DNA of 64,000 nt from NCBI RefSeq assembly GCF_000143415.4, contig NW_003314275.1:62001-126000 (forward strand), read 5' to 3'. This document shows positions 45,786 through 59,852 of this stretch, one piece after another; within the stretch, counting starts at the first letter, position 1; every line of letters begins with the position of its first letter. The notes below the pieces were generated by a model. The model saw only the letters and a program-made list of their open reading frames with translations. It was not told where the DNA came from and ran no database searches. This DNA is from Selaginella moellendorffii (taxonomy: Eukaryota; Plantae; Lycopodiophyta). The position numbers and the translations under genes are program-made.

Positions 45786-48604
45786 ATGGCACTGGCGTTT
45801 CTTCTTCTCGCCCTGGCGCTGCTCGGCATATCGATCGTCACGCGAGGTGAGAGCTCTTGGAAGTAGCTGCATTCTCTCATCTCTTGTTCTTAGGCAATGG
45901 CGCGCTAGAATCGGTGCCCGACCTGGAGAGAGCTATGTACAGAGTCATACAAGGCTCACCGTGTGTGCGTTTGTTGAGCATGCAGGGCGAATCCGGCTGT
46001 GCCAGTGAGGTTTTTTGCGAGCTCTTTTGTTCTTGTCACCAATCTGGCTGTGCTTTGAAGATCCGGGAAGAGATAAAATCGTTGCTCCATTACAGCGGCT
46101 CACGAAGCTCGAGTTCAAAACCAAAGGAGCAGTGGCGGTGCTCTTGCCATACTCTCTCTTTCACTCGTTTCTAGACAAGTAAGTAGAGATGCTCGTACTT
46201 GAACATCCATATGATGCGGAAGGAGAAATAAGTTTCTTTCTGTTTGTTCTAGGACGTTACACGATCCTTCTTTTGCAGCGCAAGTAGCAGGTGCTTTAGT
46301 AGAGTTTGCGGACAATGCGAATCGGAGTGTGAACTCAAACCCCGGTACTCTCAAATCGGAGTGTCAAATTCTCTACTCTTCTATGCTTGTTCTTACGCTT
46401 TCTTTCTTTTTCTTTTTTCTTACAAACTAGACTCAAAGTTCCCGCTGGCAGAATTCGCTCCTTACAGTAACAAGACATACCAATGGAATCCATTGGTAAG
46501 TTTGCTATGAAACCACGCGACTGCAAATATCTCACTCTTCTGTTTTAGGGGACAGATGTTCTCCAAAAACGTTACAACTTTCCAGTATATCTTCTTTCCC
46601 CAGAAAGCACCAGAGGTTTACGAGAGGTACGTTTTTAACGGAAATTTTTTGAACGACAACTACATTACGAGGTTCATGGTGCTGATTTAGATTGCAGCCG
46701 AGAACGAAGCAAGGAATGCCAAATACCCCCTCCAAGTGGCTGAATTCGATGTGGTCATGCAGGTATGCCATAATCACTCACGGATGTTGCTTACAGTACA
46801 TGAGACATTCAGACCACCAAATCGGGAACGCACACGTCGGAGTCATGTCTAAAAGAAGGTTCTTGTTTGCCTCTTGGAGGGTACAGGTATCGTGTGCTTC
46901 AATTGTTTGCCGTCAAGCATCTGTTTGGTGATTTATCTGCAGCATCTTGTCGTCATTCTCTTCAATAACCTCGAAGCCAACTCTACTCGTATTGGCGGCC
47001 ATGGACTCCATTTCTTTCTTTCGGGACTTCACACCAGGAGCCGATTCTCCTCTTTCTGTGCGTTTCCTTTTCTCTGGTTTCTCATTTCCTGACACTGTTG
47101 TTTGCAGGGCTTGATCTCTCTTCTTGCGGCTGTCGATGCTCTGTCAAAGGCCGACGGGATTCACAATGCCACCAAACAGGTGATAAGTTTTTTACGAGAT
47201 TCGTTTTTGTTTTCTATCTTCTGCTCCGTAATAGGTGGTTTTTCTAGTATGTAATGGTGAGGCCTGGGGCTATCTTGGCAGTCGGAGATTTCTCTTTGAG
47301 CTTGAATATGGAGGGGGCTCAGCTTTCGGTTTCAACATGTCACATATTGATCAGGTCCATTTTTTTTTTCTGGTTCGTGGCAAAAGATTAGTTTATTTAT
47401 TTAAACAGATTTTAGAGATCGGATCTGTGGGGCAAGCGGTGGAGAAAACATTTTACGGCCACGTTCAAGATAAGCACGTAGGTCCGCACTCAACTTCTCC
47501 TGCTTCTTTGATCTTATCCAGTAAAATTTACAGGCCTCTGCTTCGACCAAGGAGATTGTAGCTAGTCTTAAACGCTCGGCTGAAAGTGTTAACGCTCAAA
47601 TCACAACTGCAAGCAGTGAAAACCCCGGGATACCTCCCTCGTCTATGATGTCATTTGTACAGAAGGTGGGCCAATTGCTTGTTTGTGCCAGCGTCTAAAC
47701 AATGTTCTCCAGAGTGACTCCCTCACTGGAGTGCTTCTCGAGGAGTTCGATACTAGCTTCAAGAACAAGTTTTATCATAGTCTTTTTGATAATGCTGGTG
47801 AGTATAATGGAGCTGTACATTTAATTGTGATCGTCAACAACCTGTGTTGTCCCTCTGCAGACAATTTGAATCCCGAGTCTATTGTAGCTGCATCCTCCAT
47901 CGTGGCTCGAGCTATATATCAGCTCGCGATGGGTGATAGCTCCGCTAAACTTGACTCCGTTGCTGTCAACAGTTCGCTGGTCAAGGATCTCATCAGCTGC
48001 CTTTTGACGCCAGATCCAGGAATGAATTGTCCGCTGGTGACGGGCTTTATCACGCCAGCTCAACCGGTTTCAAACCACTACGTGGGTGTTGTCACCGGAG
48101 CTCCATCTCCTACGCCTTCCGATGATCTTCTTGACGACACCACCAGATTCATCTGGAACTTTTTAGCTGATCGCACAAGGAGGCTCGACGCCGGTGAGTG
48201 TTCGAAGGACTGTAAGGGGCAGGACCAAGTCTGCGTTGGTGCGACTGGACAAGGCAGAGGTTCCTGCGTGGTCTCTACAACCAGGTCAAGTTTCTCCCGC
48301 TAAATCTATTTTGCCAAACTCGGAACTTCAAACTTGCAGGTACGTACCGGCATACTCGACTCGTTTGCGCTACAAATCTGGCAACTGGGAGCTCCTTCCC
48401 GTGGGAAGCGGCGACTTTATGGACAGCATCGATCCTGTGTGGACGGAGAGCTTTTGGAAGAGCTTGACACTGCGAGTGTACCAGCAAGAGAGGCCCTCCC
48501 TCAATGGAATGCTCCTGCTGGCTGGCTGCAGCGTTACTGTAGCGTCGGCAGTCTCCATTTTGGCAACTCGGGCGCTCTTCCGGAAGCGACTCAAGAGCGC
48601 ATGA
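45786..48604 (+). CDS. NCT: Nicastrin (gamma-secretase subunit), multi-exon
   Basis: Signal peptide; LESVPDLERAMY...PCVRLL...GC; GEAWGYLGSRRF; PGIPPSS; NKFYHSLFD; YVPAYSTRL; WTESFW followed by a C-terminal TM helix. Confidence 0.92.
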
Positions 48605-48727
48605 GCTGTACGTGAGCCGAGAAGGTCAAAGCTCTCCGTCCGTGGTTTAGTCCAGTGAGCTAAGCAAATTTCCTTCGTTTCCGCTGACTGACGAAGCGTG
48701 AGAGAGGTCTTTCTCGTCCCAGGTATT

Positions 48728-49196
48728 ATGAGCAGTAGCAGCAGCAGCATCAGCGGCAGCAGCAGGAGCAGCAGCAGCAGCAGCGATGAGACGGTGGTGC
48801 CGCTGCTGAGCGGCGGCGCTGGAGCTCGTCTTTACAGCTGCGCGAATTGCCGCTCCAACGTTGCGGATCACAGCGACGTCATCTCCACTGCCTTCCAGGT
48901 TCGCTTCTACAGCTCTTCGCTTGGAGAATTGGGATTTCTCTCCATCTCACGCTCCACTGTTCCGGCAGGGACGAAATGGCCGAGCATACCTACTGGGGGG
49001 CGTGGATAATGTGGTGGTCGGCCCAAGAGAGGACAGGCACCTCATGACTGGATTGCATGCGGTGGCGGATATCTCCTGCGCACACTGCCACGAACTGCTG
49101 GGATGGAAATACGAGCGGGCCTACGAGCACTCGCAAAAATACAAGGAAGGCAAGTTCGTGCTGGAAAGATCAAAGATCATGAAGGACTGCTGGTAG
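48728..49196 (+). CDS. Yippee-like zinc-binding protein, 2 exons; N-terminal poly-Ser encoded by (AGC)n
   Basis: [56 protein letters not shown]. Confidence 0.93.
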
Positions 49197-49262
49197 AATA
49201 TTTTAAATCATACACTGTCAATTACGAGAGATACCACCGCAATAAATCGAAACCGATCTTCC

Positions 49263-51045
<1,783 letters not shown>

Positions 51046-51119
51046 CCGACCACTAAAACCCTGATTGGAAGAGAGGATGAACTGGGGCGGAGACCTTCCG
51101 TACGGCCGTACCGCTCTAG

Positions 51120-52943
51120 ATGCCCGTCTTGCCCGAGCGGCTCGAGGCGATTGCTCGATCGCTCCGGAGCTGCGGGGGCGCGCGCGATGTGGCCGAGGGC
51201 AAGCGGATCCACGCCGCCATCGTCGACGATGGCCTCGCGCGCAATCGCTACCTCGCCAATCACCTCGTCGGGATGTACGCCAAGTGCGGGAGCCTGGATC
51301 TCGCGCAGCGCGTCTTCGACTCGATCGAGCAGCCGGACGTCTTCTCCTGGAACGTCCTCATCACCGCCGTCGCGCGGCTGCACAGCGACGGCATCCGCGC
51401 CGCCGCCCACCTCTTCTTCGGCGACAGGATGACGAACAGGAACGTTGTGTCGTGGAATTCCATGCTCACCGCAAATGCCCAAACTGGGCAAATCTACCCC
51501 ACGCTGGAGTTCTTCCACCGGATGCCGCAGTGGGACGTGGTCTCCTGGAACACCATCGTCGTCACTTTCTCCGAGGCTGATCTAGTCGACGAATCCAAGC
51601 GGATGTTCGATCGAATGCCCGCGCGCGACGAGGTGAGCTGGAACGGGATGCTCCAGTGCTATGCCCGGATAGGGCATCTGGAGATGGCAGCGCGGGTATT
51701 TGCCGTGATGCCGCACGTAAGCGTCATCGCGTCCACCGCCATGGCGCACGCCTATGCATCGCAGGGCGATTTGGATCGCGCCCAAGCCGTGTTCCACGAC
51801 ATGCCCGACAAGAGCGTGGTGTCATGGACGATGATGATCCACGCGCTGGCCGTCCGGGGCGAGCTCTACCGCGCTCTCGCCCTCTTCCACGACATGCCGC
51901 ACAGGAACATCGTCTCCTGGGCGACCATGGTCCAGGCGATGGTGGACAGCGGCTACACCACCCAGGCTCTGGCGTGCTTCGCGCGGATGCCGCAGCTCAA
52001 TGTGGTGGCGTGCACCGCGGTGATCGCCGCTCACGCCCAGCACGGCGACATCCACAGCGCCAAGCAGCTCTTCGATTCCCTGCCCGAGAGGGATGGCGTG
52101 GCGGTAGTCACCATGCTCGCCTCCTTCTCCCTCCATGGCTATGTCGACCAGGCAAAGGAGATGTTCGATGGCATGGCGAAGAGAAACATCATTGCCTGGA
52201 CTGCCATGCTCGCCGCCAGCTCCCGCCGCGGCGATCCGCGCCAGGCCGAGCTCGTCTTTCATGTCATGCCGCAGTGGAACATGATCTCCTGGAACGCGCT
52301 CGTCGCCGCCTTCGCGCACAACGGCCATCTCGACGCCGCCAAGGCCATGTTTGACAAGCTCCCCGATCGAAACCTCATGTCGTGGAACGCCATGATCGCC
52401 GCCTACTCGCAGTATGGACGCTGCCGCGACGCGCTGCTCTTCTTCCGCTGCATGAACTGCGACGGCGGCGGCCAGCCCAACGCCATCACCTTCAGCAGCG
52501 TCTTGACGGCGTGCAGCCATGCCGGGCTCCTCCGCGAGAGCTGGCGGCACTTCACGTCCATGGTGGGCGACTTTGGGATCCAGCCGGTGAGGGAGCACTA
52601 CTGCTGCATCGTGGACGTGCTCGGGCGATCCGGGGAGCTCAGCGATGCCGAGGACTTGATCCATAACATGCCGTTTCTCCCCACCGACATCACCTGGAGG
52701 ACGTTCCTCAGCGCGTGCCGGACTCACCGCCAGGCCAGCGACGTCAAGGTGGCGGCCGAGAACATCGTGGAGATCGATCCCAGCAACGACGCCGCCTATC
52801 TCACGCTCGCAAACAGCTATGCCGCTGGTGCTACCGCTACCACTTCCACGGAAGAACCCGAAGAACAAGACGAGGAAACCAACTTAGATACTCGATTGAA
52901 ACCAAAGAAGAATACAGACAACACGATTCATCTCCATGGCTAG
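51120..52943 (+). CDS. PLS-class pentatricopeptide repeat protein (S/SS-rich array, E domain, no DYW)
   Basis: Repeated F(D)xMP.R.VVSW motifs; LTACSHAG...[13 protein letters not shown]...[11 protein letters not shown]; intronless. Confidence 0.93.
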   Translation: MPVLPERLEAIARSLRSCGGARDVAEGKRIHAAIVDDGLARNRYLANHLVGMYAKCGSLDLAQRVFDSIEQPDVFSWNVLITAVARLHSDGIRAAAHLFFGDRMTNRNVVSWNSMLTANAQTGQIYPTLEFFHRMPQWDVVSWNTIVVTFSEADLVDESKRMFDRMPARDEVSWNGMLQCYARIGHLEMAARVFAVMPHVSVIASTAMAHAYASQGDLDRAQAVFHDMPDKSVVSWTMMIHALAVRGELYRALALFHDMPHRNIVSWATMVQAMVDSGYTTQALACFARMPQLNVVACTAVIAAHAQHGDIHSAKQLFDSLPERDGVAVVTMLASFSLHGYVDQAKEMFDGMAKRNIIAWTAMLAASSRRGDPRQAELVFHVMPQWNMISWNALVAAFAHNGHLDAAKAMFDKLPDRNLMSWNAMIAAYSQYGRCRDALLFFRCMNCDGGGQPNAITFSSVLTACSHAGLLRESWRHFTSMVGDFGIQPVREHYCCIVDVLGRSGELSDAEDLIHNMPFLPTDITWRTFLSACRTHRQASDVKVAAENIVEIDPSNDAAYLTLANSYAAGATATTSTEEPEEQDEETNLDTRLKPKKNTDNTIHLHG

Positions 52944-53006
52944 CATGGAAGCTAGCCACAAATCTCTCCGAGAAGCTTGCGAGCAAGCTTATTCATCGCG
53001 CTGGTT

Positions 53007-53450
53007 TCACGCGTTGGTCTTGTTGTGGAGGTAGCCACTGACGTTGGATCCAACCTCGCGGGCCTTCTCGGTGACTTGCGACGCCGTGTCCACAATGCGG
53101 TTCTTGGCAGCGTCCACCTGGTTAGCACCCACGGGGCGGCGTCCCTTGACATACTTGTACAGCCACGCCACCATCGCCACCACCGCGAGGAAGGAGACGA
53201 GACACCCAAGCACGACTGCGGCGGCGATGGCCAGCGGCACCAGCACCGGGCTAAACAAGATGAGCAGCGGCGATGCCACCAAGAGCGCCACCATGGTTCC
53301 TCCCACCGCCGTCGTCCCCGCCACCATCACCGTCACGATCCCAGCAAGAACTCCGCCGATTCGAAGCACGCGGCTCGACTCGGGAGACTTCTGCTTCAAG
53401 CGCTGAGCCACATTGGTGTTGGACGCTCCATCGATCATCCTGCTCGCCAT
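53007..53450 (-). CDS. Oleosin
   Basis: Long hydrophobic hairpin with proline knot PLLILFSPVLVP, followed by WLYKY..GR.P.G..QVD; ATG at 53450. Confidence 0.93.
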   Translation of the reverse strand: MASRMIDGASNTNVAQRLKQKSPESSRVLRIGGVLAGIVTVMVAGTTAVGGTMVALLVASPLLILFSPVLVPLAIAAAVVLGCLVSFLAVVAMVAWLYKYVKGRRPVGANQVDAAKNRIVDTASQVTEKAREVGSNVSGYLHNKTNA

Positions 53451-53584
53451 GGCCGACTCGAAAAGCCAATCACCCACGATCGATCGAACCGACGGAAGAA
53501 ACTCCTCCCTCCCAAACTTCAAACTCTCGGACGAAGGAGAGAGACGAAGACTAACACCACGATCGCTGATTGATTGCCGACTCT

Positions 53585-53617
53585 CTTTTTATAAAGCCAG
53601 GTCGAGCGCCACGTGGT
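53585..53617 (-). promoter_or_regulatory. Oleosin promoter: TATA (TATAAAA) and ABRE/G-box (CACGTGGC)
   Basis: The minus strand reads ACCACGTGGCG about 15 nt upstream of TTTATAAAAAG, roughly 140-165 nt upstream of the oleosin ATG. Confidence 0.6.
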
Positions 53618-53709
53618 AGAAGACTGCCAGGCTGGAGATTCCCCTGCGTGGCAGATCCCCTGATACTTCCAGATTCTCCCAAATTCAAAGAGATTCTTTA
53701 CTCTCTTCT

Positions 53710-55938
53710 TTACTTGGCGCCACCGTCCGAGTAAATGTTGGAGAGGAGCATGGCGTGCGAGTGTGATTCCTCCACCACTCTCGGAGCTGCGCGCTTGGCC
53801 ACAGCCAAATCGGCATGAATTCGGCAAGCGCCCAACAAAATCCGCCAAGGCGCTTGATCATCCATCGCAGCGGCCAAGCTCTCCGCGTCTTTCAATCGCC
53901 CAGCTCGTCCCAGCAGATCGACCACGCAATCGTAGTGCTCGCAGCTCGCCTGGATCCCATACTCGCCACCCGCCAGGCGAAAGCAGCAGCGCCCAGCGTC
54001 GATCAAGCCGCCGTGGTTGCATCCATGGAGGATCGTTGTCACGGTTGCCTGGTCCGCGCAAAAGCCTTCCATGCTCATCCGGCGGAGCCACCACACCGCT
54101 TGCTCGCCTCGTCCGTGGCGAGCAAGCCCCGCGACGAGCGTCGTCCACGTCTGGACGTTCCGCTCCAGCATTCCATCGAAGACGAGCTTGGCAGCGTCGA
54201 TGTTTCCACACTTGGCAAACATATCAATCAGGGACGTGCCAAGGACAGCATCTCGCTCGAATCCCAGGCACGCCAGCATTTGCGAGTGGACTCGCCGGCC
54301 CTCCTCGGCAGCTCCCAGCTCCGCGCACACTCCAAGAATCGTGGAAAACGTAAACTTGTCCGGCAACACCTCACTCTCCAAGATCATCTCCTCGTAGAGC
54401 TGCAAAGCTCGCCAGTTCTTTCCCTGTTGCGCGTAGCCGGTCATGAGCGAGCTCCACGCCACCACGCTTTTCTCACGGATCTTCTCGAAAGCTGTCCACG
54501 CCTCGTCCAGTCTCCCGGACCTCGAGTACATGGCGATCAATGCTGCACCCACAGCGTTCTCCCGATCCAGCCCGGCGTCGCGAGCGAAAGAATGGAGTGA
54601 CTTGCCTCGATCGACGTGGTTTGTGCACACTCCAAGCGCGGCAGCAAAAGTCACGCCATCCGCCTTGGTGCCTTCGAGCGCCATCTCTCCAAAAAGCTCG
54701 AGCACGTCGGCAGCAGCACTTGAATCAGCCTGCGCAATCGAGGCGATGACAAAGTTCCAAGCCGCTCCGCTCGCCACACAGGTCTCCTTGAGCGCCACCT
54801 TTGCCTCCTCGGGGCTCCCACACCGGATAAACATGTTGACGATCCCGCGTCCAAGCTCCGCCGAGTTTGCTGCCAGCTTTCTCGACTTGATCCGCGAGTA
54901 GAGAGCTCTCCCCTGCTCTAGCGCACCAACTATCGAGCAAGCCTCCGCCACGGCCGTGAAGGTGCATACGTTTGGTTGCAATGACGACAATGATCTCCTC
55001 GCGGACTCCTCCATGAGCTCGTAGATGGCGATGGCCTCCCTGCTTTCGTCGTTGTGGACGTAAGATGCGATCAAGCATGTCCAGCTGATCACGTCCCTCT
55101 CGACCATCTCGTCAAAAACCATCTTTGCATCTCGCAAGCTCCCGCATTTCCCATAGCAATCCATGAGAGCGTTTTGCACGGCGAGCATTGCCTGGAAGCC
55201 ACTCGCCTGGATCCTTGCGTGGAACTCTCTACACTCGCGGACACTAGAGCAGGCCGAGAGAATGGTGGTGAGGGTGAATTGGTCGGGTTTGGTGCCTTCG
55301 TTGTCCATTCTCCACAAGAGCTGCAGAGCTTGATCTTTCTCTCCACCCCGAATCGCTCCTGAGATGACAGCATTCCACGAAACGATGCTCCTGGAAGCCA
55401 TACCATCAAAGACCGCCTTGGCATCAATCCAGCAGCCGTCGCAGCGAGAGAACATTGCGACCATGGCAGTCGCTACAAACTCATCGCTCCCAAATCCAGC
55501 GCCAACGATCCGGGAATGAATGGCGCGCGCCTGCAACGGATCCTCGAGGCCGGAGCAGGCCGCGACAACGCTGCTGAGAGTGAAGGAATTGGGCTGCATG
55601 CCTTCCAAATCCATGGCCTGGAAGAGTTGCAATGCCTCTCGAAAATGCCCGTTCTGGGCATATGCCGAGATGATGATGCTCCAGCTGAAAACATTCTTGC
55701 GCCATCCCAAAGCATCAAAAACCTGCCGCGCTTCCACCACGCTCCGGCATTTCCCATACATCTCCACCACCAAATTCTCCAGCAGTATCACGCCGCCGGC
55801 ATCGACATCGGCCCCGCCAAGCTCTTGCAGGATTTGCGCATGAACCATCCTGCCCTCCGCCAGCGCCCTGCGGTCCGAGCATTCTCGCAGCCGAGACGTG
55901 TAGTGACTGACGCAGCTCGATCGTGCTGCTGCTGCCAT
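53710..55938 (-). CDS. PLS-class PPR protein (P-L-S triplets, truncated E domain, no DYW)
   Basis: MYGKC, NVFSWSIIISAYAQNG, LMDCYGKCG, HYDCVVDLLGRAG, WRILLGACRIH, MLLSNIY; first ATG at 55938. Confidence 0.93.
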   Translation of the reverse strand: MAAAARSSCVSHYTSRLRECSDRRALAEGRMVHAQILQELGGADVDAGGVILLENLVVEMYGKCRSVVEARQVFDALGWRKNVFSWSIIISAYAQNGHFREALQLFQAMDLEGMQPNSFTLSSVVAACSGLEDPLQARAIHSRIVGAGFGSDEFVATAMVAMFSRCDGCWIDAKAVFDGMASRSIVSWNAVISGAIRGGEKDQALQLLWRMDNEGTKPDQFTLTTILSACSSVRECREFHARIQASGFQAMLAVQNALMDCYGKCGSLRDAKMVFDEMVERDVISWTCLIASYVHNDESREAIAIYELMEESARRSLSSLQPNVCTFTAVAEACSIVGALEQGRALYSRIKSRKLAANSAELGRGIVNMFIRCGSPEEAKVALKETCVASGAAWNFVIASIAQADSSAAADVLELFGEMALEGTKADGVTFAAALGVCTNHVDRGKSLHSFARDAGLDRENAVGAALIAMYSRSGRLDEAWTAFEKIREKSVVAWSSLMTGYAQQGKNWRALQLYEEMILESEVLPDKFTFSTILGVCAELGAAEEGRRVHSQMLACLGFERDAVLGTSLIDMFAKCGNIDAAKLVFDGMLERNVQTWTTLVAGLARHGRGEQAVWWLRRMSMEGFCADQATVTTILHGCNHGGLIDAGRCCFRLAGGEYGIQASCEHYDCVVDLLGRAGRLKDAESLAAAMDDQAPWRILLGACRIHADLAVAKRAAPRVVEESHSHAMLLSNIYSDGGAK

Positions 55939-56572
55939 CGCCTCCAATCATCTCTCCAAATCTGGATAACAATAAACTTGGTCTCAAAAGGAAGGCCTTA
56001 TATCGTTCCGGAAGACTGGTCGTCGCCAAGAACCGTAAAACACGCCTGTCAACGGTCAAAGACATCAAAGTGTATGGCAATCTCTTTGGTGGTTCTTCTG
56101 ATAACATTTTGTATGAATTTGTCTGAATTTTATGTTTGACTACTAAAACGTAATTTAAAAAATTATTACTTGAACAAAATACAAAATGTCTATGAACAAG
56201 GTATCCATGTCTTAGCTTGAAGTTCAAGAGCTTGCTGAGGGTGGTGGTCGCCAGCAAGAATTCTCCAAGCCAGACATTCTGTTCAGGAACTCCTATAATA
56301 TACGCTAAAGGGAGTAGAGCATTCTTTTCCAGTAGCGCTGAATCATCGATCCAGCTCTCTCGACAAGGCACACATATGTTGATCAAGCTTTAAACGCCAC
56401 CCCAGAACGCTCGGCAACTTATCACTCCACCCCCCAAAGCTTCTTTCCCTCGTCGACAACCGCCGGCAGTTCTAAACTCTGGCAAGGTCTGCTGGCGAAA
56501 CAATTCCGTAGGGTTCTTGCGCTGGAGAGGTAGGGCTCCTAGAGGCGAAGAAGAATGAGGGATTCTCAACGA

Positions 56573-58015
56573 ATGGCACTGAAACGCAGTGACCGCGTCC
56601 GAATCAATGTTGGCGGCACCCCATTCATCACCAGCAGCACTACAATTGCCAATGCCGGCGCCGATTCGATGCTGTGCAGCCTCCTGAACGAGAATTGGGA
56701 GCCCGCCACAAGAGATCCACAGCGACACGAGCAGGACGAGATCTTCATCGACCGGGATCCGGCACTCTTCGCCGTGCTGCTCGATCTCCTGCGAACAGGG
56801 GAGCTCCGTACACCGCACGGCATACCGCACGGTACGCTCGTCCGCGAGGCGGTCTTCTACGGCATTGACCGCCACGTCAAGGCCGCGTCGTGGGGCAGCC
56901 CGCTCGACGGCAACCGCGTCCGGTGCCGCGCGTCGGTACGGGGCCGTGCAACCACGGACGCCGTGGCGATCCGCGCGTCACCTGGCGGTGGCTGCGGCGT
57001 GGCGCACGGACCCATGATCCATGTCTACGACTGGTCTCTCGAGGAGCTCCCTCCAGTGACGCTAGATTTCATGAGCGTCAACGATTTCGGCTTCCTCCCC
57101 AGGAATCCCTTGCGGATGGTGGTGTGCGCGGCGGACAGGGGCGACATCGGGGGCCTGGGCTGCGTGAATGCCGCCACTGGCAAGCTGATCCAGCGGATGA
57201 AGCTGGAGCTGGACGATTCTAGCCGGAGTTTCATGGCGCTGGCGTGCGCCAGCAGCGATTGCGAGGTGTTTGCCAGCAGCAGGATGCGTGGCGTGGGGAT
57301 CTGGGACCAGGAATCCGGCAGGAATGTAGGGTTCGTGACGTCGGGAGAGGGCGGCGGTGGATCCAAGCTCCAGTGGCTGCCATCCAGCAATCTCCTGCTG
57401 GTGGCGTCCATGTTTCCTCACAGCGATCACTGCTTCCTCACGCTGCTGGATCGCCGGCAGAGGACCAAGGCGTGGGAGTGGAGCGATTGCGAGATGCGAA
57501 GCCAGCCCCTCATCATGGACGCGGTGGCGATCCAGAACAGGAACATGATTTGCGTGGTGGATCAATCGGACGAGCTGGGCTTCATCGATACGAGGATGGG
57601 CGGTGGTGGCGGGGGTGGTAGCGGCGCCGCTTTCGCCCCGGCGTGCTGGAGCCACATGTTCCAGCGGATCAAGCGGTCCGAGATGGAAGAGCATCTGTAT
57701 TCCAAGCTCCGGATCAACGCCAGCGATCCCAGCTCAGAGAATTTGCAGCTCTTTTCGACACGGGAGGAGGCGGTGCTGGTGCATTCGTGCTCGGCGGTAG
57801 CGCTGTCGTCCGCCGCCTCCGCGAGCTGCTCGCTGCTGCCCGCCACCGCCAGGCTCAGTGTCAGTGGCGGAGGAGGAGGCGGCGGCAGTGGCGGCATCGC
57901 GGACATTGATGTTGGTGGCGACAGATTGTTTGTGCTCCACAGCGACGAGAATTTGTTCGATGTGTGGGAGAGCCCTCCGTTGCTCTCCTCCTCCTCGTCC
58001 AAAATTCTTCTCTAG
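56573..58015 (+). CDS. BTB/POZ (KCTD/T1-type) domain protein with WD40-like beta-propeller
   Basis: DRVRINVGGTPFITSSTT, IFIDRDPALFAVLLDLLRTG, EAVFYG; C-terminal GGDRLFVLHSDENLFDVWE. Alternative ATG at 56555. Confidence 0.9.
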   Translation: MALKRSDRVRINVGGTPFITSSTTIANAGADSMLCSLLNENWEPATRDPQRHEQDEIFIDRDPALFAVLLDLLRTGELRTPHGIPHGTLVREAVFYGIDRHVKAASWGSPLDGNRVRCRASVRGRATTDAVAIRASPGGGCGVAHGPMIHVYDWSLEELPPVTLDFMSVNDFGFLPRNPLRMVVCAADRGDIGGLGCVNAATGKLIQRMKLELDDSSRSFMALACASSDCEVFASSRMRGVGIWDQESGRNVGFVTSGEGGGGSKLQWLPSSNLLLVASMFPHSDHCFLTLLDRRQRTKAWEWSDCEMRSQPLIMDAVAIQNRNMICVVDQSDELGFIDTRMGGGGGGGSGAAFAPACWSHMFQRIKRSEMEEHLYSKLRINASDPSSENLQLFSTREEAVLVHSCSAVALSSAASASCSLLPATARLSVSGGGGGGGSGGIADIDVGGDRLFVLHSDENLFDVWESPPLLSSSSSKILL

Positions 58016-58062
58016 CATTGCTCTATTCACAGAAGATAACTCCACCCATTCGCGTTGGAGTG

Positions 58063-58330
58063 TTAGAATGACTTCTCGTCGTCAGGATCAATACCCTCGA
58101 TGAGAAGCTCCCCGAAAAGCTCCGAATGCCCGCTTTGGGCATGGGCAGCAAGCATCGCATTCCAGGAAGCTAGCCAACTTTCTGGAGTCATTCCTCGAGC
58201 ATCGGTAAGATGCCCTTTTCGAGCCACGGCGTGATAGAGTCGAAATAGCCTCTGGCAAATGCCCTTGCGTGGCATATATTCGATGAGATTATCCTCAAGA
58301 GTTCTTCTGGCATCAACTGGATTCTCTGAT
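58063..58330 (-). pseudogene. PPR gene fragment
   Basis: GHLTDAR...LASWNAMLAAHAQSGHS...EGIDPDDEKSF with indels; no complete ORF. Confidence 0.6.
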
Positions 58331-59852
58331 GCGAATGTGGATGCGGAAAGCAGCGTCTGAGTGACGCTCTTTCATATAATCAAAGAGGGATTTTGCCTTT
58401 CTCACCTTGTGGTAGGCCCTGCTTCTGGCACTCCATGGGGAAATGGAGGAGATTCGGGCGATACAAGACATGGAAGTTGGGCTTACAGAAGCTTCTCACT
58501 GTGATTGATGACTGGCAATCCGAAGACACTGATACAGAGCACACAAAAGATGAAAGATGGATACATGACAAGAAGGTATGAAAGGAACTTGTTTGTTTTC
58601 TTCTAAAACACGGTTTGAAACTGCGATTGTTCAAGGACAGGTTTGTGGTGGACGGACCATCAACGGGCAGAGCTTGCGACGTGGATGGGAATGTCGACAC
58701 TGCCCAAAGCTGTGACCGGCTGGAAGCAGTACAAGGGAATAAAGCGGAATATAGGACGAGCATTGCTGCAACAAGCTCTGGAGTGAGTTTCTCACGGAGA
58801 AGCTGCGGAGAATGAGCCGCCCCCTGATCTTCAACGGGGACGTTATAGTGACGATAAAGGAAGGTACCGTCTTCTCTCTCCGTATTTGGAGGGAGGCAAG
58901 AAATCTATGGGATCAGCGTTGGAAGGAGGTTGTAGACAATCTCAGACACATCAACGTCTTTCTTTATGAGTCAACGATGACTGCATGGCTCACAGCTTAA
59001 CTTGGCACGCATCGTGGAGGGTCTTGTGAGACCTGATGAAACGGGTGTTTGAGCTAGATTCAAAGGCTGAACCTGAACGTCAAGCTATTTCTGAAGTGAT
59101 GGACTCTTACTTTGAGGGGACGAGGAATTCCAAGCCGCTCCTGAATTCTTCCTTGGCTCCTCTTCAGTGGGAGCTGTGAGCGGGTCGTCATCTTCGGTGG
59201 AGCTCTCCCGGTGTCTCCCCTCGTTCCCCCACCGGTGATTCAGCCTCCAGCTCGACCTGAACCAAGGAATCTCGTCGCTTCTTTTTCTCACTTGGACAAA
59301 CATGCAGAAAAGCAGTTTCCAGTAAATAGTTCTCGCCCGTGGATTCTTAGCTCTGAGAACCGGAGAAACTATTTCCGACACGTTGTTGAGAAGCGAGACT
59401 CGATGCGTTTTTAAACGGTCCAAGTCTTCTTTGGCTTTGTGACTCGAGAAACGTCCTTTCGTCAATGTTGGATCGGCAAGCCAAGGATCATTGATGACAG
59501 AGCCGCTCGGGCTCGTAGTTTCACGAGGAAAAAGAAAAAATCTGAGTCAATACAAACCAGAACCAGAACCGTGCAAGTCCTGTACTTGCTTCCTCAAACT
59601 TCATTCTCTCTTCTTTTTGTCAAGCTTCTTTCAGTCGAGCTTCTTCTTCTTTCCTTTCTAACTCCTCAGCTTCAGCCAGCCAGAACTAGTAATCTCCTGT
59701 CTTTTTGGAAAGTGGTCCTGCTCCTCATAATCGTCTGAACGAGTTATTTTCCCTGTGGACGTTTTCTCAGCTACCATGCTGTGAGCGCTGCATCGGCGGG
59801 GCCCAAGCCCTTGATTTTTGGCTATACTTTCTTACAAAATTCTGCTCTTATC

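Noticed and set aside
10713-48604. SPPL (GxGD protease) and nicastrin in the same window as a possible intramembrane-proteolysis cluster
   Set aside because: They are 33 kb apart with many unrelated genes between, and SPPLs act independently of nicastrin; likely coincidence.
51822-54600. Long antisense or alternate-frame ORFs over the PPR and oleosin genes (e.g. 348 aa, 261 aa)
   Set aside because: Shadow ORFs of GC-rich coding sequence with no recognisable motifs.
58380-59000. Weak resemblance of RPLIFNGDV to the AP-endonuclease GDxN motif
   Set aside because: Too short, the catalytic Asn is missing, and no other EEP motifs were seen.
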